Assembly (NCBI GenBank): GCA_034780895.1
Contig: JAUZTB010000002.1
Coordinates: 37,233,530 to 37,297,529 of the forward strand
Length of the DNA: 64,000 nt
Reading direction: 5' to 3'
Source: Rhynchobatus australiae
Lineage: Eukaryota
The stretch's first letter is position 1; every line of letters starts with the position of its first letter. Under the pieces are notes generated by a model that was not told where the DNA came from, made no database searches, and worked only from the letters and a program-made list of their open reading frames with translations. Shown here one piece after another: positions 13,336-26,950 of the stretch. The translations under genes were made by a program, and so were the position numbers.

Positions 13336-13371
13336 TGCAGTCGTAGGAAGTGTGCTGACTTTGAACCAGAA

Positions 13372-13920
13372 GCTGCCATTTCGGTAGCCTTCAGGTGCAG
13401 CATTACATTGGTTGTTAATTTCTTGTTTGGAACGAGTTAAAGTTTTGGAATAACAGAAGTATATTCTTCCCTCATTTAGAGGGATCTTGTGTCCTTGGCC
13501 TTGCAGAGATCCAGTGTAGAACTGAAGGCTGATTTATTGAAGAAGAAAATGTGTACTAGTTTTCTAATGGATGGACATGAGCTCAGCCATGGTTGAGGTC
13601 TTCCAGGGATTATATCCTGGAATTCTCGCGAGGAGGCAAGGGCATAGTTTAGAGGTACTTGTGGAGTGACGGTTACTGGGGACACTGGTGTATTTTTCTT
13701 TATCCCCAGCCTGCCCAGCAGTGACTGGCTTTGTGGATTCTGTGTGTGCAGAAATCCACTGGGCCCATGCAAATAGGATGACCTTCCACTTGCCCAGCAT
13801 GCACTGGCAAGGTTAGTGGTAGAGGTCACCATAGGACTTGCCCTCAGCATCAGCTATTAGATCCGATCGATGAAGCAATTTTGTATCCATTCCTGCATCC
13901 CAGTGCTGTGCGACATAACA
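13372..13920 (+). mobile_element. Highly eroded PIF/Harbinger (HARBI1-like) transposase remnant
   Basis: Colinear motif remnants in shifting frames: AISVAFRCSITLVVNFLF, FPHLEG, YPG, LLG-D-G, HALARLVVEVTIGL, LDPIDEAILYP, CCA-HN. Confidence 0.5.
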
Positions 13921-16910
13921 ATTTCAGATAAATGTAATACTGTGCCATATTACTTTTTACAGTTTGCTCTATGTATGCAGGATGTTGTGTTAAAACATCC
14001 CACAATCTGTTACATATCTCAGCCCACTGAATTAAACCAGTTTCAATAGTTGAATGAATTAGCACTTTGTTTCTTCATGTTNNNNNNNNNNNNNNNNNNN
14101 NNNNNNNNNNNNNNNNNNNNNNNNNNNNNNNNNNNNNNNNNNNNNNNNNNNNNNNNNNNNNNNNNNNNNNNNNNNNNNNNNNNNNNNNNNNNNNNNNNCA
14201 GGGTCCAGTATGTAGCCGTGAACTAGCTGGCCCATTCCTTTCCATTTAATTTAAAGGATGGGAATTTGAACAGTTCTGTCATAACCAGTTGATTCTCCCA
14301 GGTTGGTTTTCATCTTTGTATTCTGGCCAGGAGATGTTTAAAGGATTGGGAGCCAGCAGTAACATTCATTTTCTTGAGTTAAAAAAGACTGATAAGAATT
14401 TCTTTGTCCTTTTGAAAAATTAAAATAAATAATTGTAGCAAGATTTTAAATATGCTGCAAATCAACAGAAAGTTTGTAACTTAAAACAAGTAAGCAAATG
14501 TTTTTTCAGTATCTTTGTTGAATGATTAAACAAATACATAGAGAAAAAAAATTACAAGAATGTCTATTTGAGTCCCATGGACCAATAATGCGCAGTGAAT
14601 CAGTGTAACAGAAACTGGAATCAATAGCTTTTAATGTTTTACACAGACCAATAGTATAGGTTTCCTTCCTGGAATAAGCAGTGCATTCTTAAGCTTGATT
14701 CCTATTTAAAACATTGAGCGGAAGATGACTTGAGCTCTGTTCATTGAACATGTAGTAGTGTCTTCCCAAAATGAGAGCAATGTCATTAGATTCATTTTAC
14801 CTTTCAAATACACTCAGAGGGAAATAACATAAGTGGAGGGTGTCCAGTGGTGAGATTTATGTTCCTCCACAGTTTCTTCTCAATTGTGACTTTACTGTCT
14901 TCAAGAAAGGAGAATTGTCATTTCCTCCAATGCAAAAAGGACAATTGGAGAGTCAGGCAAGTGGAATTCTTGCCTACTTTATAATGAGCAATGGCAGAAT
15001 CATGTAAACAGGCAGTTTGCCTGAGGTTTTGTGGGGAAATTGAAAGGAAAGAAAGAGATAATGTGCATTTAAGAAAAAGTACATAAATGAGACAAACAAG
15101 TGCAATCTGACTCCAGTATAACGTGGCAAAACATGGACATACATACAAACAATTTAGCAAAATAGTGATTGCTAAACTAAAATGAGAAGGGCAACTTTTT
15201 GTCATTTATATATTATTATATCAGAATATAGCTGCTATTTTGACATCAATATGTTTCTAATTGCTATTGGCAGATTGTAATTCAAAATCTATAATTTGAG
15301 TATCTGATCCATTATATAATTTAAAATGTCTAGTCCTGTGTCCATCAACAACTTGAATTAAAATAAATGTTTAATGATCATTCTAGCTGATTGTAGCAAT
15401 AAGTTGAAGGTGCAAAAAATCTGTATGGAATGGATCATTGCTTTACAGAGAAAAAAAAGTCTTGAAAGGAACTGCAGGAGATTTAAAGGATCAGCATTTT
15501 AGTCACAGAACTTTTGTTTTAAACAACTGCCTGAAAACCAAATGCAGCATTGTGGAGCTGAGGACAGAATTAATACAACTTTAAACATGCTGCCTAAAAT
15601 ATTAAACGGAAATGAGCTGTGAGTAAATGAGATGGGCTGCCAGTCATGTCACTCGAGCAGTCTCCTCTGAGCTTGGCTTCAGCTTTCACCAAAACGTGTT
15701 GTGATCAGCTCATTCATCACAGTCCGTGGAAAGGGGCCAGCTCATCTTTCACTGCTTCCCGTCTTCTGTCAACCTCTTTCGCACAGAACTGCTCTTTGTA
15801 CTCAAAAAAACTTTGCAAAGTATAACTTCTTCTCCCCTCCCCCTTTCCACCCCCCACCCCCTACCACCCCACCTCTTTCACCTTCTCTGTAAAGTAGAAG
15901 GGACACTAAGGAACATGGGGGAATAAGGATGTGGTAACAATTTGCACCAACCCAAGTTGTAACCAGCAGCGGGGGCACTTATTTAGCATGGCAGCTGCTG
16001 TGAGCCATTAAATAATATAACGCTTGAAAGAGTTTAAATGCTCTGGTTACCGGTCAGATTTTCTTTGACATTTTTGAAAAGAGCCTTGAAGATTTGTATT
16101 TCATTACTTTTGTTAGAAATTGCCAAGTGGGTGGAATTCCATTGGACATTGTTGAGTAGGTAGGATATCACTGTGTTCAATTTTCCCAAATGGCTGGAGA
16201 GCCACTGTCATTTTAAGTATTATCAATTCGGTGACGTTTCAATGCCATATTGGATATTTCAATATGATTGAACTTCTCTCATATTAGGCATTCACAACCT
16301 GGCTGAAATCTGCCTGATAACAAAATGCTCTATGAAATCTCTGTATTGTGGTTAATGAAACAAAGTTTTTCCTCCCAGAGGTTTAGCCAGTTATGAACAT
16401 CCCTAGACTGTATTTTGATAATTCCATACAAATAAAGCTTTTGAAGATAAGTGAATATAAGCATGTACTTTCAAAAACCTATTTTCGCTCTTTCCACCTC
16501 TTCCTTCTACCTCGTCTGTAGAGTGTAGAAAGCATAGGTCTGCACTCTATTCCAAGTCCCGTGCACACGCTTCTGGGATGACTGCAGCAATAAACCCACG
16601 GTCATTTGGAATGTCAAAAAGTACCATTATCCCATTTAAGCATGAGTTTTAANNNNNNNNNNGGAAGTGGGGTGTAATGGATTTTCTAATAAAACAAGAA
16701 ATATAAACCACTTGCTGAGCACTGAAAGAAAAACAGTCCAAAGGGAAATAAAAGTATTTAGTGATCAAATCCATCATTTATCTGCTGATCAGCATTTATG
16801 CAGAAAGCCATGTCAGTGGCCCCAAGTGTAGTCTAGATTGTTACTGAGATAACTCATTTCTCCGACCAGTAAGAGCACTTTACTGGCTTAACATTTAAAC
16901 TTTATATTTA

Positions 16911-17290
16911 AAGAAGAGTAGGCCATTCAATCCTCAAACCTGTTCTGCTACTCAGTGAATCATGTCTAATCTGTACTTTAAACTCTATCCATCTTTCTTT
17001 TCTGTAAGTATTAATACATTTTAATTCAGCAGTTTGTTTTTGGAGGGGAATGATTTCTTGCTTTCCACTAGGGTTTCTGACCTGCCTCTTAACATCATCC
17101 TTTAAAAGCAGGGCTCTCATTTGAAGATAATAATCTTTATTCTGGTATTTCCCCTCAGAAAAAAATATTTATGTCCATCCACCATACCTAGCCTTATAAA
17201 CAGCTTAAAGATATCAATAAATAACATCTTAATCTTACTCGAGAAAACACAAGCCTACCTTCTACAGCCTGTTTTTCACAACTTAATATA
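16911..17290 (-). mobile_element. Old CR1 LINE 3' fragment
   Basis: gagtaggccattcaatcctcaaacctgttctgc tail motif followed by CR1-like 3' sequence. Confidence 0.65.
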
Positions 17291-19710
17291 TTTAGCCCCC
17301 ATTTTGGTTATTATTTTAGGGATTGGATGGTGTTGGTGGTGGGCAAAGAGGTGAGCTGTGCCTTGTCAACTACTCCTGGTAAGCAAGGGGTAATTAAAAG
17401 TCCCCTTTTGTAGGTAGTTATGCTTCCACTGTGATAGTAAGAGTTTGGTGAAAGATGTTTTTTTATGCAATACTGACCGGGGCAATAAGCAAGTTGTACT
17501 GAGATCACCTTAGTTTATGCCTGAGAAATATACTTTGAAGTCTACAATCATGTCAAAGAATGGTGCAGGATGACCTAAAAGAAAGAATAAATAGTTAATT
17601 GAGGGAGGATATAGCTCATTTATTAAGGGGCTATTCTGTACAGGCTGAAATGTTATATATTTATTACAGTCAACCTTGGCTCTTGTCTTTGTAAGCTACA
17701 AAGAACACCAAATGTAGGGCACATACCCAATGGGTTGTTTGAACACAAAACCTGAATTGAACTCCCAAATCATTAAGTTGTCTGTGGACGTATTTATCAG
17801 TTTCTATTTGAAAACCTAGCATTGTGAGAAATATTTCTGGGTTGTAAAGGGTTAACTTGCTGGATCTTAAAATGAGGGATAGTAAGTCTGTTTTACATAT
17901 AAATAAAATGGAAATTCTGTCTCCACCTTCCAAGGAATGGTTGCACACGCAGAAAGGCTCTTTCAAATCAGAATTTGATTTACTATTTAAACTCTCTTCT
18001 CTTCCTGGTTATCTGAAATATTTCTGCTTGAACAGTATCAGTAATGTTATTACTAAGCCCTATATAAACGGCTTGTGTTCTCTCATCTGCAATCTGTCTT
18101 TCCTTTGTATTTGGGACTGGTGCAGTTAAAATAGTGGTGGGTACATGAAATATAATTAGCAGATGAACACTAACTATTTTAGCAATCAACAGAAAGCATC
18201 AAATAGCATTTCAATATACTTGAACCTCTGAAATAATCCTGTTACAGACGATTTTTTGAAAGTCTGCACAGTGTATGAAATTCCCTAGTGAAAAAGGTTC
18301 AAGCACTAATTGTCATTTATCACTGAGTGTGGCCTTTGAGGGAATAAGCCAGAGAAGTGTCAGTACACCATGCTCAGTGACATAATGTTCAGCTGCCTTG
18401 CCACAACCTATGCAGGAGACTGCAGTAAGCAAATTAAAAAAAAAAGAAGGTACTTTGTGGGATTTAGTTATTTGAAGCTTGCAGATTTAAAAGGGGTGGA
18501 GCTTAGTTCATGAAGATGTCTGGACCAGTTAGCACCAATAATGATGAAGGGAACTGAGAAAGTTGGAGAGTTCTTTTGTTGTAAAGAGAGTGGCTGTGAT
18601 GGTGATGTACACAGGGCCAAGGTCAGCCAGCATCATCATCCATCTTCTTCAGTGGCAGCTTTCTGTCAAGCCCCAGCTAACTTCCCCCTCAGCCAAGGCA
18701 GTAGGGCTCCTATTGTTGACACCAGCCAATTCCCAGCCAAGTGTAAATGAAGTTAATATCCTCTGACCTAATGCAAAGCCAATGACAGCCCCCAGTGTAG
18801 CCCTGGAAATAATGGAATTCAACACCTTCAATACCAAATCTAAGTGGTTTGACTAATTTTACTAAGGAACAATTGTAGTTATTTTCAAATTCTCTTCAAG
18901 GCCTAATGCTGTATCTTGTGTTCCCTTAAGGATCTGAAAAACTAGCAATGCTGAAGCAACATGATCTCTACTTGATATTGTTTCTGTACAAATTTTACTG
19001 GTAAAGGAATATCAAATTCTTCAAGAAAGGAATTTGATCTGTGTTTCTTTCTCTAATTAATTATATACTAAAGTCGGCTGGGTAAAGATTTTAACAAACT
19101 CTTTAGTATGAGTAATATCACAGAATGCAAACAAATATGTTTAACTGACTTTGACTTCTCGTACAATAGATTCCTAATCTTATTGAGCCTTCATTTGGAG
19201 GCATTGGGAAAAGACTAATTGGCAAACTACGAAGTGGGTGAGGGTAAAAATCAAAGATCTCAGTACTCCATGATACTGTCACTTATCATTATGCAATTGG
19301 TCAGAGTCTGCCTATGTTCTATGTGGAGGGACTGCTTTTAGAATCAAAATCAAGAGCAAAAAGGGATAAAACAGAAAATAAATGTTGTTGACTATTGTTC
19401 TGATGAACCCGTGAAGATAGAGGTTGTAGAATTGTGTTCTTCGAAACAGCAAAGTAAGTTATTAATATAGGGGTTGACAATAAATTGCTGATGGTGTTTC
19501 AGCAAAAGTATAATCAAAAAGAGAAGTGAGTTTAAATAGTAATTCAAACCCTTTCTGTGTGACAACTATTCCTGGGAAGGTGGAGATGGAAAAAAAGAGT
19601 TATGTGTTCATGTAATGTGTCTGAGAGCATCAAAATGGTTGGATATTTCCTTGGGACTACACCAGCTTTACCAGTGCAACTTCACTGGTAGTTGTTTAGA
19701 CATATCGGTA

Positions 19711-19982
19711 GTGTTTCTGCCAAACTTCCAGCAAAGTTGCAATGTCTTAAAATCTCACAGAGTAAGAAGCAGACTGCTTGTCAATGCTGAATTGCAGTTG
19801 ATTATGGTGTGAGAGCCTGTATGCACAGAGCATTGGGTTAGCACTGTTTGAATTAATTTAACATCGGCTGCACAGCTGGCAGGGAGAGAGGAGACATTTC
19901 ATGCTTGCAGTCTAGGCTGGATTTGAACTTTGGTCTCAGAGGTGAAAGGGTAACGTGGTAAATCATTGCACCACCCAATCCC
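19711..19982 (-). mobile_element. LF-SINE-like tRNA-derived SINE (5' half)
   Basis: Minus strand: gggattgggtggtgcaatg..CCTTTCACCTCT..GTTCAAATCCAGCC (B-box), then blocks colinear with the recalled LF-SINE consensus. Confidence 0.6.
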
Positions 19983-20992
19983 TCATGTCCTTATAGTTTT
20001 TAAACATGAGCAGCAATTGAAGTTAGAAACTAGTTGCTAGTCTTTCAGAAGTCAAACAGAATACCAAATTCAATTGCTCCAGAGTTTTATGTTAATACAG
20101 AAGTTTTTGTGTTATTAATTGAAGCTCTCAACCTCCACTCCAGAATGGCAGACTGTTAACCATGAGTCAACCTTGTTTAATATACAACGGTGGCAGCTGT
20201 AGCCTGCTACTGCTTCCTGCTCAGCAGACCAGTGGGAAGAGGTATGGTCCGGGCATATTTTAAAGAAGAAAAATATGAAATAAAATAATCTGTTATTTTA
20301 ACTTGAGATTTAACTTAAGTAGCTGGAGCATTGGATTCACTTTCCATTTCCTGTGATATTGTGTTGTCAACAGATTCAGAGTCACCCATAACAGGTCTGT
20401 TCCAAATAAAAACTCATTTTATTTTCACATGTGAACAACATCAGAATTAATTCACATCAAAATTATATTCAATTTTCCTTGTAAACAACTTCAAAATCAC
20501 TTCTTCGGAAAACACATATTGATTTTCTTCACCTCATTGAGCATGTTTACTTGTACAAATTGAGGAAATTTTCTTTCCGTTCAATATTCATTTGAAAGAA
20601 ACCTTCTGTTGAAATAATTCAAATTAACATTGTATGAGTTCCATGAACATTTTCCAATGAAAGGAAGACTTTTATAGAATTACATTGAGGACTTTTAACT
20701 CCCAGTGGGATGGGTGGTTTAGGGATGGGTGTAAAGTAAAATATTTTTAAAATCTTGACTGCCTCCACCCAACCAGCCACATCCAGTTTTAACAGAGGCA
20801 AGATGATGTGCACTTGGCTAATCTCTATTCCCCCATCTCCCAGTCTTCATGATTTCCCTGCTGATTCCCTCTGTCCTTTATGAACTCCCCATCACAGATC
20901 TACATCTGAAGACCTTTTCCAGTATTCTTCTACAACCCTACCCCACCACCCACAAACCTCTCCCTTTGTCGTTATTTCCTATTTGCAAATGA

Positions 20993-21114
20993 AACAAAAA
21001 CAACTGCAGATGCTAGAAATCTAAAATAAAAAAAGATTAAAATGCTGGAAATATTCAGCAGGTCAGGCCACATCTGTGAAAGAGAAACAGAATCAACGTT
21101 TCATCTTTGACCTT
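20993..21114 (-). mobile_element. Penelope-like pLTR-derived repeat fragment
   Basis: actgcagatgctagaaatctaaaataaa..aatgctggaaatattcagcaggtcagg..catctgtgaaagagaaacag..aacgtttc. Confidence 0.75.
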
Positions 21115-21115
21115 A

Positions 21116-21268
21116 AAGGGGCCACCTTCAATATTGCAGCATCTGCTCAGTACCAAGGTACTGCTTGGAATGGGAAACTAAGTTTTGTCTCCAAGTCTCA
21201 AGAGTGGATCTTAAAACACTGTCTTCTGACTCAAGAGGTGAGACTGGTATCAGTGAGCCATGGCTGAC
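21116..21268 (-). mobile_element. Deu-domain SINE (SacSINE1/AmnSINE-like) 5' portion, eroded
   Basis: ccaccttcaatattgcagcatctgctcagtac...ttctgactcaagaggtgagactggtatcagtgagccatggctgac. Confidence 0.55.
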
Positions 21269-21759
21269 ACACACAATGAAACTTGATATCAAACTACAAG
21301 GCAAAGACAGATGGAGAAGAGGGGAGTGGGTAATCCAAAGGGGGTACAGTTGTCGACACAGAACAACTGTGCAGAAAGATGCAAAAGGAAGAGGCTGATG
21401 AGTGAAACCTTAAAAAATAGGTGAAGCCAACCGAAAAGAGTGGAAAGAAAACCTGAAGGAAATGCAAAGTGGTCATTGACTCGGATTGAACTGTCTTCCA
21501 CTTCCACTCCCAGTCAAGGTGCCAGGGAGTTTATGTACTGAACTGGACAACTGAACTTGATGTTTATTTTAATGAAAAGTGTTACTGGCTGATATTTATG
21601 TATAAATGAGGCACGAGGAAGGTAGGCATGAGATAAACCTCAAAATTCTGAAGGCTGCTGTTTTAAGTGTGCCACAGCCCACCATTAACTTCATGGAATT
21701 GATGTCTCTTTGCCAGGATCACCATTGTATTCCATTGAACATCTCAGGTTGAAAACACT

Positions 21760-21878
21760 TTTTATTTCAGATTTCCAGCAATCAGAAGAGGGTCTTCATC
21801 CTGAAACCTTAACTGGTTCTCTTTGCATAGATCGTTCCTGATCTGCTGAGTTTTCCAGCATTTTCTGTTTTTAATTCA
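21760..21878 (+). mobile_element. Penelope-like pLTR fragment with degenerate hammerhead motif
   Basis: ttttatttcagatttccagca, then cagaaga-gggtc-ttc-atcct-gaaa-cctt-aactg, then cctgatctgctgagttttccagcattttctgttttta. Confidence 0.7.
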
Positions 21879-23270
21879 ATTTGATTTGCTGTGGTGGTAA
21901 ACGGTTGTTTAGTGCATTCAATCAGGGTTCAGATGCCTAGATTTTTTTGGACTGAAAGTTATCAGCTCACAGTTTCAGCAAGTAGCCATGCAAAAAAACC
22001 TAAGCACCTAAAGCTGCAAGGTCACGCCTGACTAGCCAGAAGCCCAGCTACAGTAAAATCTGGCTCCTTTGTCAATGACACGGGGTTAAAAAGGTCTGTT
22101 GAATTAAATGCCTATGGCGTTCAGCAGAGATCTCAAACTTTCCCTTGGCTGTCAAAAATGTATCTTTTTTTCTGAAAAAAAATTGAAAGTTTCAAAAGAG
22201 GCCAACAGCTGGTCTGACATCGTCACTTAGCCCAGCTGTTCCTGCCAGGATGAGGGGAAGGAAGAGTATGTGGTGAATGTATAGCTAATATCTTTGGTGG
22301 GAGATAGACCCTTTCTCCTGGTGATTAGTCTCAGTGGCAGTGCGGGGAGGGCACAGCAGAACCTATAATCCACTCTCTTTTATTCTGGAATAAAAGCTCA
22401 TTGATATTCCTGCCTCGGTTCTCAATTGTTGTGCATACTGCAATTCATTGCTCATCACGCTGTCAGCAGAACTGCGATAACAGCCTGAATCACAGTTTCC
22501 TTTTTCCTGTGGTTCAGAAGGGAACTGCTGCCAGTGTCCTCTTTGCAGGTCTACTCGTCTCTGACTGCCACACTTGCGTGGCACACCACAGGTCAGAAAC
22601 AGCTGGAGGGCAGATGTTGGCACTGCCCCCCCCCTTCACCCCACACATACAACTCACCGCTGTCCGCAGCTAGACTAATCGCAGGGTGCAGTGCAGTGAT
22701 GGAGCCCTGCTGTCCTGAGCTGAGAGGCCAGATACACTTTGCATGTAGCTACTCAGCTACATGCCAGGGACAACTGATGTAGTGGTGTGACACCATTCAT
22801 TCGAATGGAGTCACCTACAGTGATTGAATATGTAAGTGTAGGTCATGGTTTATTTTCTTTTAAATGTCCCTGGTTATATGAGGCCTTGTCACTATTAGCG
22901 CACTGCTTCACCTTGCAGAAAAGCCTTAGAATGAGGACTCAAATCTTTTGGAATTACAAGTAAAGGTGGCTGTGGGNNNNNNNNNNNNNNNNNNNAAATT
23001 GATTTATATCAAAAAATAATTTGTTGATAGGAAAATTCTGCAGGGAAGACATTAAACATGAACATTACAATAACCAAAGAGGTCCAGTAAGAAAGAGAGA
23101 AATGAAAATCAGGTTTTGGCAGGTAGGAAATATTTGCATCATTTTATTTATCCGAGGAGGCTTGAAATGCATGTGTAGAATTTAACCATTAGTGGGGTGA
23201 AATCATTTTGATGTAAATGTAGTAATTAGATGAGTCACCAGATGAAAAGGACAAATGATAGAACTACAAG

Positions 23271-23405
23271 AGCAAAATACAGTGAACACTAGTAATCTGG
23301 AAATTGCTGGAAATACTCAGCAGACTAGGCAATGCTTGTGGAGAGAGAAACAGAATTAACATTTCATGTTGTTGAACTTCCATTAGAAATGGGAAAGGTT
23401 AGAAG
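23271..23405 (-). mobile_element. Penelope-like pLTR-derived repeat fragment
   Basis: tgctggaaatactcagcag..tgtggagagagaaacagaattaacatttca. Confidence 0.7.
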
Positions 23406-24474
23406 TAAACAGATTTTCCATAATTCTGTGTTTTAATTCACTGAATTTGTTGCTTAAGTTAAAGTCTTCCTTCCTTTGATATGTTGCATCTCTGTTAAAT
23501 CAACCAGAATAATCTTGCAGACTTTTTTTTACCATAAGAAAGCTATGCTACCTTGATTTCACTCATAAATATTTCCGAACCTAAAGAGACTTTCCATCAC
23601 TGCTTTTTTTTCCATTAGCCCATGTCATAAAATCAAACACATTTCCCACATGATTTTCTGAACATTGAATGATGAAAGGATCATGCAGAGTGGTACCCAA
23701 ATTTGGGCTGTGATCTGCCAGAGTTAAAACTCCTACCAAGAATGACAAACAGAAACTTACCCTTATGATGTCTAGCATCCACTTATCCAGAGTTTACCTA
23801 TTGATCCATCTGTTCGTGCCATTTTTTGTCACACTGAATTATTTCAGCAAAAATATCAATAGCGGTGATTTCATCCCAGCCATGCCTTCTGCTACCTTCA
23901 TGGCTGAACTACAGACCATAGGTAATAAATTACGCTGGGTCAGTGATGTGATAAACATCTTCATCAGTTAATCTGACTAGATTCTGTGATGTGTGATGAA
24001 ATTAGGATTTCGGTTATGGCCACTTTTGCACAAGAAATTTCCACACTTCTACCCATGAGATCTCCACTTACAACTTTTTTTAAACTGGAAGGAAAACTTT
24101 TATATCCCCAAAATTCAGGCTTATCTTCTTTGTTACTTTGATGTTGTATGTAATGATTATTTATTTTAAATTTTACTTTTATCTTCCCACAGCGATCTGA
24201 GGAAAATATTTTTTGATGCTAATTCTTTCCTTGCATCAGACTTGGCTGGAATTGACTAATTATATAGCCATTCATCCAACCTGCCCCAACTATCATGGAC
24301 GCAGCTGAGCTGACCATTAAGTAGCATGGGGTGGAGGGAGGGGAGATGTCGACAGAGTTATGTATTCCATTCACTTATATTGAAAGACTTGGTAGAAGCT
24401 GGCCCAGTGATGTAATCAATACTGCATCAAGAACGAGATAGAATTGATGCTGGAGAATGGGGAAGTACCACTCT

Positions 24475-24612
24475 TAGAGTCGTGGAGTCATACAGCATGG
24501 AAACAGATCCTCAGCCCAACTGGTCCATACCGACCAAGATGCCCATCCAAGGTAGTCCCATTTTCCCACGTTTGGCCCATATTCTTCTAAACTTCTGTTA
24601 TCCATGGACCTG
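24475..24612 (-). mobile_element. HER1/CR1 3' tail fragment
   Basis: agtcatacagcatggaaacagatcctcagcccaactggtccataccgacc...tttggcccatattcttctaaac. Confidence 0.85.
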
Positions 24613-25696
24613 GCCACTCTTATGGTGATATTTGGAGGCTGCCTTAGAGTCAAGGGCGATAAGAACACAAATGGCTTTAGTAAAGTAAGCTGTATGGTGC
24701 CATTTTCTTTCTGGTTACAGCTGACCAACTTTGGTGCCAACATGCATTGGTCAGCAGTGGGTCTTTCACATTGTTGGGTCATATACACACTCTTCTGAGA
24801 TTGGAAATGGTGAAAATGCATATAAATTCATGTTTTGGGTCATTTTTCAGTCTTCAGTAATACTCTAGATTCCTCTCTACACTGCTCTTGGGATGAAATG
24901 AGAGTATTAGCAGCCAATACATACCAGAAACTATCGAAGCAAATGCAGTTTTGCTATGTAAATGGAGTGTTAGATTGGCTTATTAACACCACTCATTTCA
25001 TTATTCAGCAAGTCCCTGACTGCAGCCTACTGTGAGCATATTTACTCAGTAAAGATGATTAACTATGGCAACATAAGGCTCAGTTGTTTGCCAAAAAGCC
25101 CAGAGCACTGGTGATGAAAATATGGGACCATTCACTGGCATTCTGTAATAACTGCTAATCTTTGCAAAGCCGTGGTAGTTCACTGAATGAAGCATTTGTC
25201 TGTGGCAGATTGCGATCTGTGCAAATGCACAGTTAATTTAATTGAAGTAGTGTGTAGATTTAGTTTTGGAATATATTTCCTTCTTTCTCTCCAGAACCTT
25301 ATTTTCAGCTAATGTTATTTCTGCTATTTGTTTCTGCTGTAGGTTCATTTGTTTTACCTGTCTCTAACTCTTGTTTCCGATCAGCATTAAGAGAAATCCA
25401 GTATTCAATTGATTGTGCTTAGCATCGAGGATAGATTAAAGGGAACACAGTCTATTAATGTAGCAAAACTATTGTAGTCTTTTCTGTCCTGACTTCCATT
25501 TATGTTTAAGGGTTAGGTTAAAACATCTTTTTTGAAAGAGTAATGCAAGTGCCATAGAGTTGTGAATAATAATTGTGGCCCAGCACTATCTTGAGTTCAA
25601 TAAGAAAAGAAGCACCTAAAAATGAGTTGCCAAACTGGCACTGCTGCTAAGATGCAAAAATAACATGAATGGACAGAATTTAGCAATCTCACAACC

Positions 25697-26950
25697 AAAG
25701 ATCACATTGAAGGTCTGCAGTTTCACCACATCTAATTAAGAATGTTGTTGGGCACTTAAACAGCCAATGGGAGGAGGAGGCTCCTGGAGCATATCCATCC
25801 TCAGTGACGGCAGAGCCCTACACATGAGTGTTAAAGATAAGGCAAATATGGACCAAAGAGCTGAATTTCAGAGGTGAGTTGAGAGTTGCTGGCCATGAGA
25901 CCAAGGCAGCATTTGACGAAGAACCCTGGGGAAACTGAAGGCAATGGATAGTGCTCCAATGCATGTACAGACAAACAGACTGTTCAGGTTGTTCCAAGTC
26001 CATCATCTAAGTCCCAGGACACTACTGAGCATTATCTCAGGCTGAGCAATCTTCAGTTGATCCACCTCTGGTCTTCCATTCCACATAAGGTCAGAAGTTG
26101 GGATATGTATTGATGATTGTGCAATGTTCGATTCCTTTTGCAACTCCACAGTAAATTAGGTTGTCCAGGTCTGTGTAGCAGCAAGACTTAGTCAACATTC
26201 AGATGTGGGTTGATTAATGGCAGGGAACATTCATGTCAAAGGAAAGCCTGGCAATGACCTCTAACAAAAGTGAGTCTAGTTAGCTGCCCTTAATATTCAA
26301 TGGCAATACTATCACTGTGTATCCAATGTCAGCACCCTGGGAGCCACCACTGACCAGAAACTCAACTGGAAGAGCAACATCAACACCATGAATGCTAGGG
26401 GAGTTCAATGAGATGAATGACTCACCTCCTGATATCACATCTAAAAAGCATAAGTCAGGAGTGTGGTGGAATAGTCTCCACTTGCCTGGTTAAGTATAGT
26501 TCCAGTAACACTCAAGATGCTTGTAACCATCTAGGAAGAAGCAACCTACTGGATTGGCATCCAGTTCACCACTCTGAACATTAATTCTCTCCATCAATGG
26601 TGCATTCTGGCTTTGGTATTTACAATCTACAACATGCACTTAATGTCATTGCCTAGGCATTGTTCATTTTTCGACAGCACCTCTCAAACCTATGACCAAG
26701 AAGAAAAACAGCAGCAGGTCCCTGAGAACACCACTACCTGCAAGATCACCTCCACATTCACACCAGCCTAATTGGAAAAGTTTCGTCAACCTTCATTATC
26801 ACTGGGTCTAAATACTGGAATTTCCTGTCTAAATGCATTGTGGGAGTACTTTCACCAGGAGGATAGTAGTGATTTGAGAAGATGGCTTTCCACCACCTTT
26901 TCAAAGATGGTAAGGGGCATGCATAAATGTTGGCCTTGCCAGTGATGTCT
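25697..26950 (+). mobile_element. Old CR1-clade LINE (second family), degraded RT plus 3' end
   Basis: Remnants of RSEVGM.ADD, QQDL.NIQ.W..W and KA.VRSV.EYSPLAW motifs; terminal ataaatgttggccttgccagtgatg tail. Confidence 0.75.
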
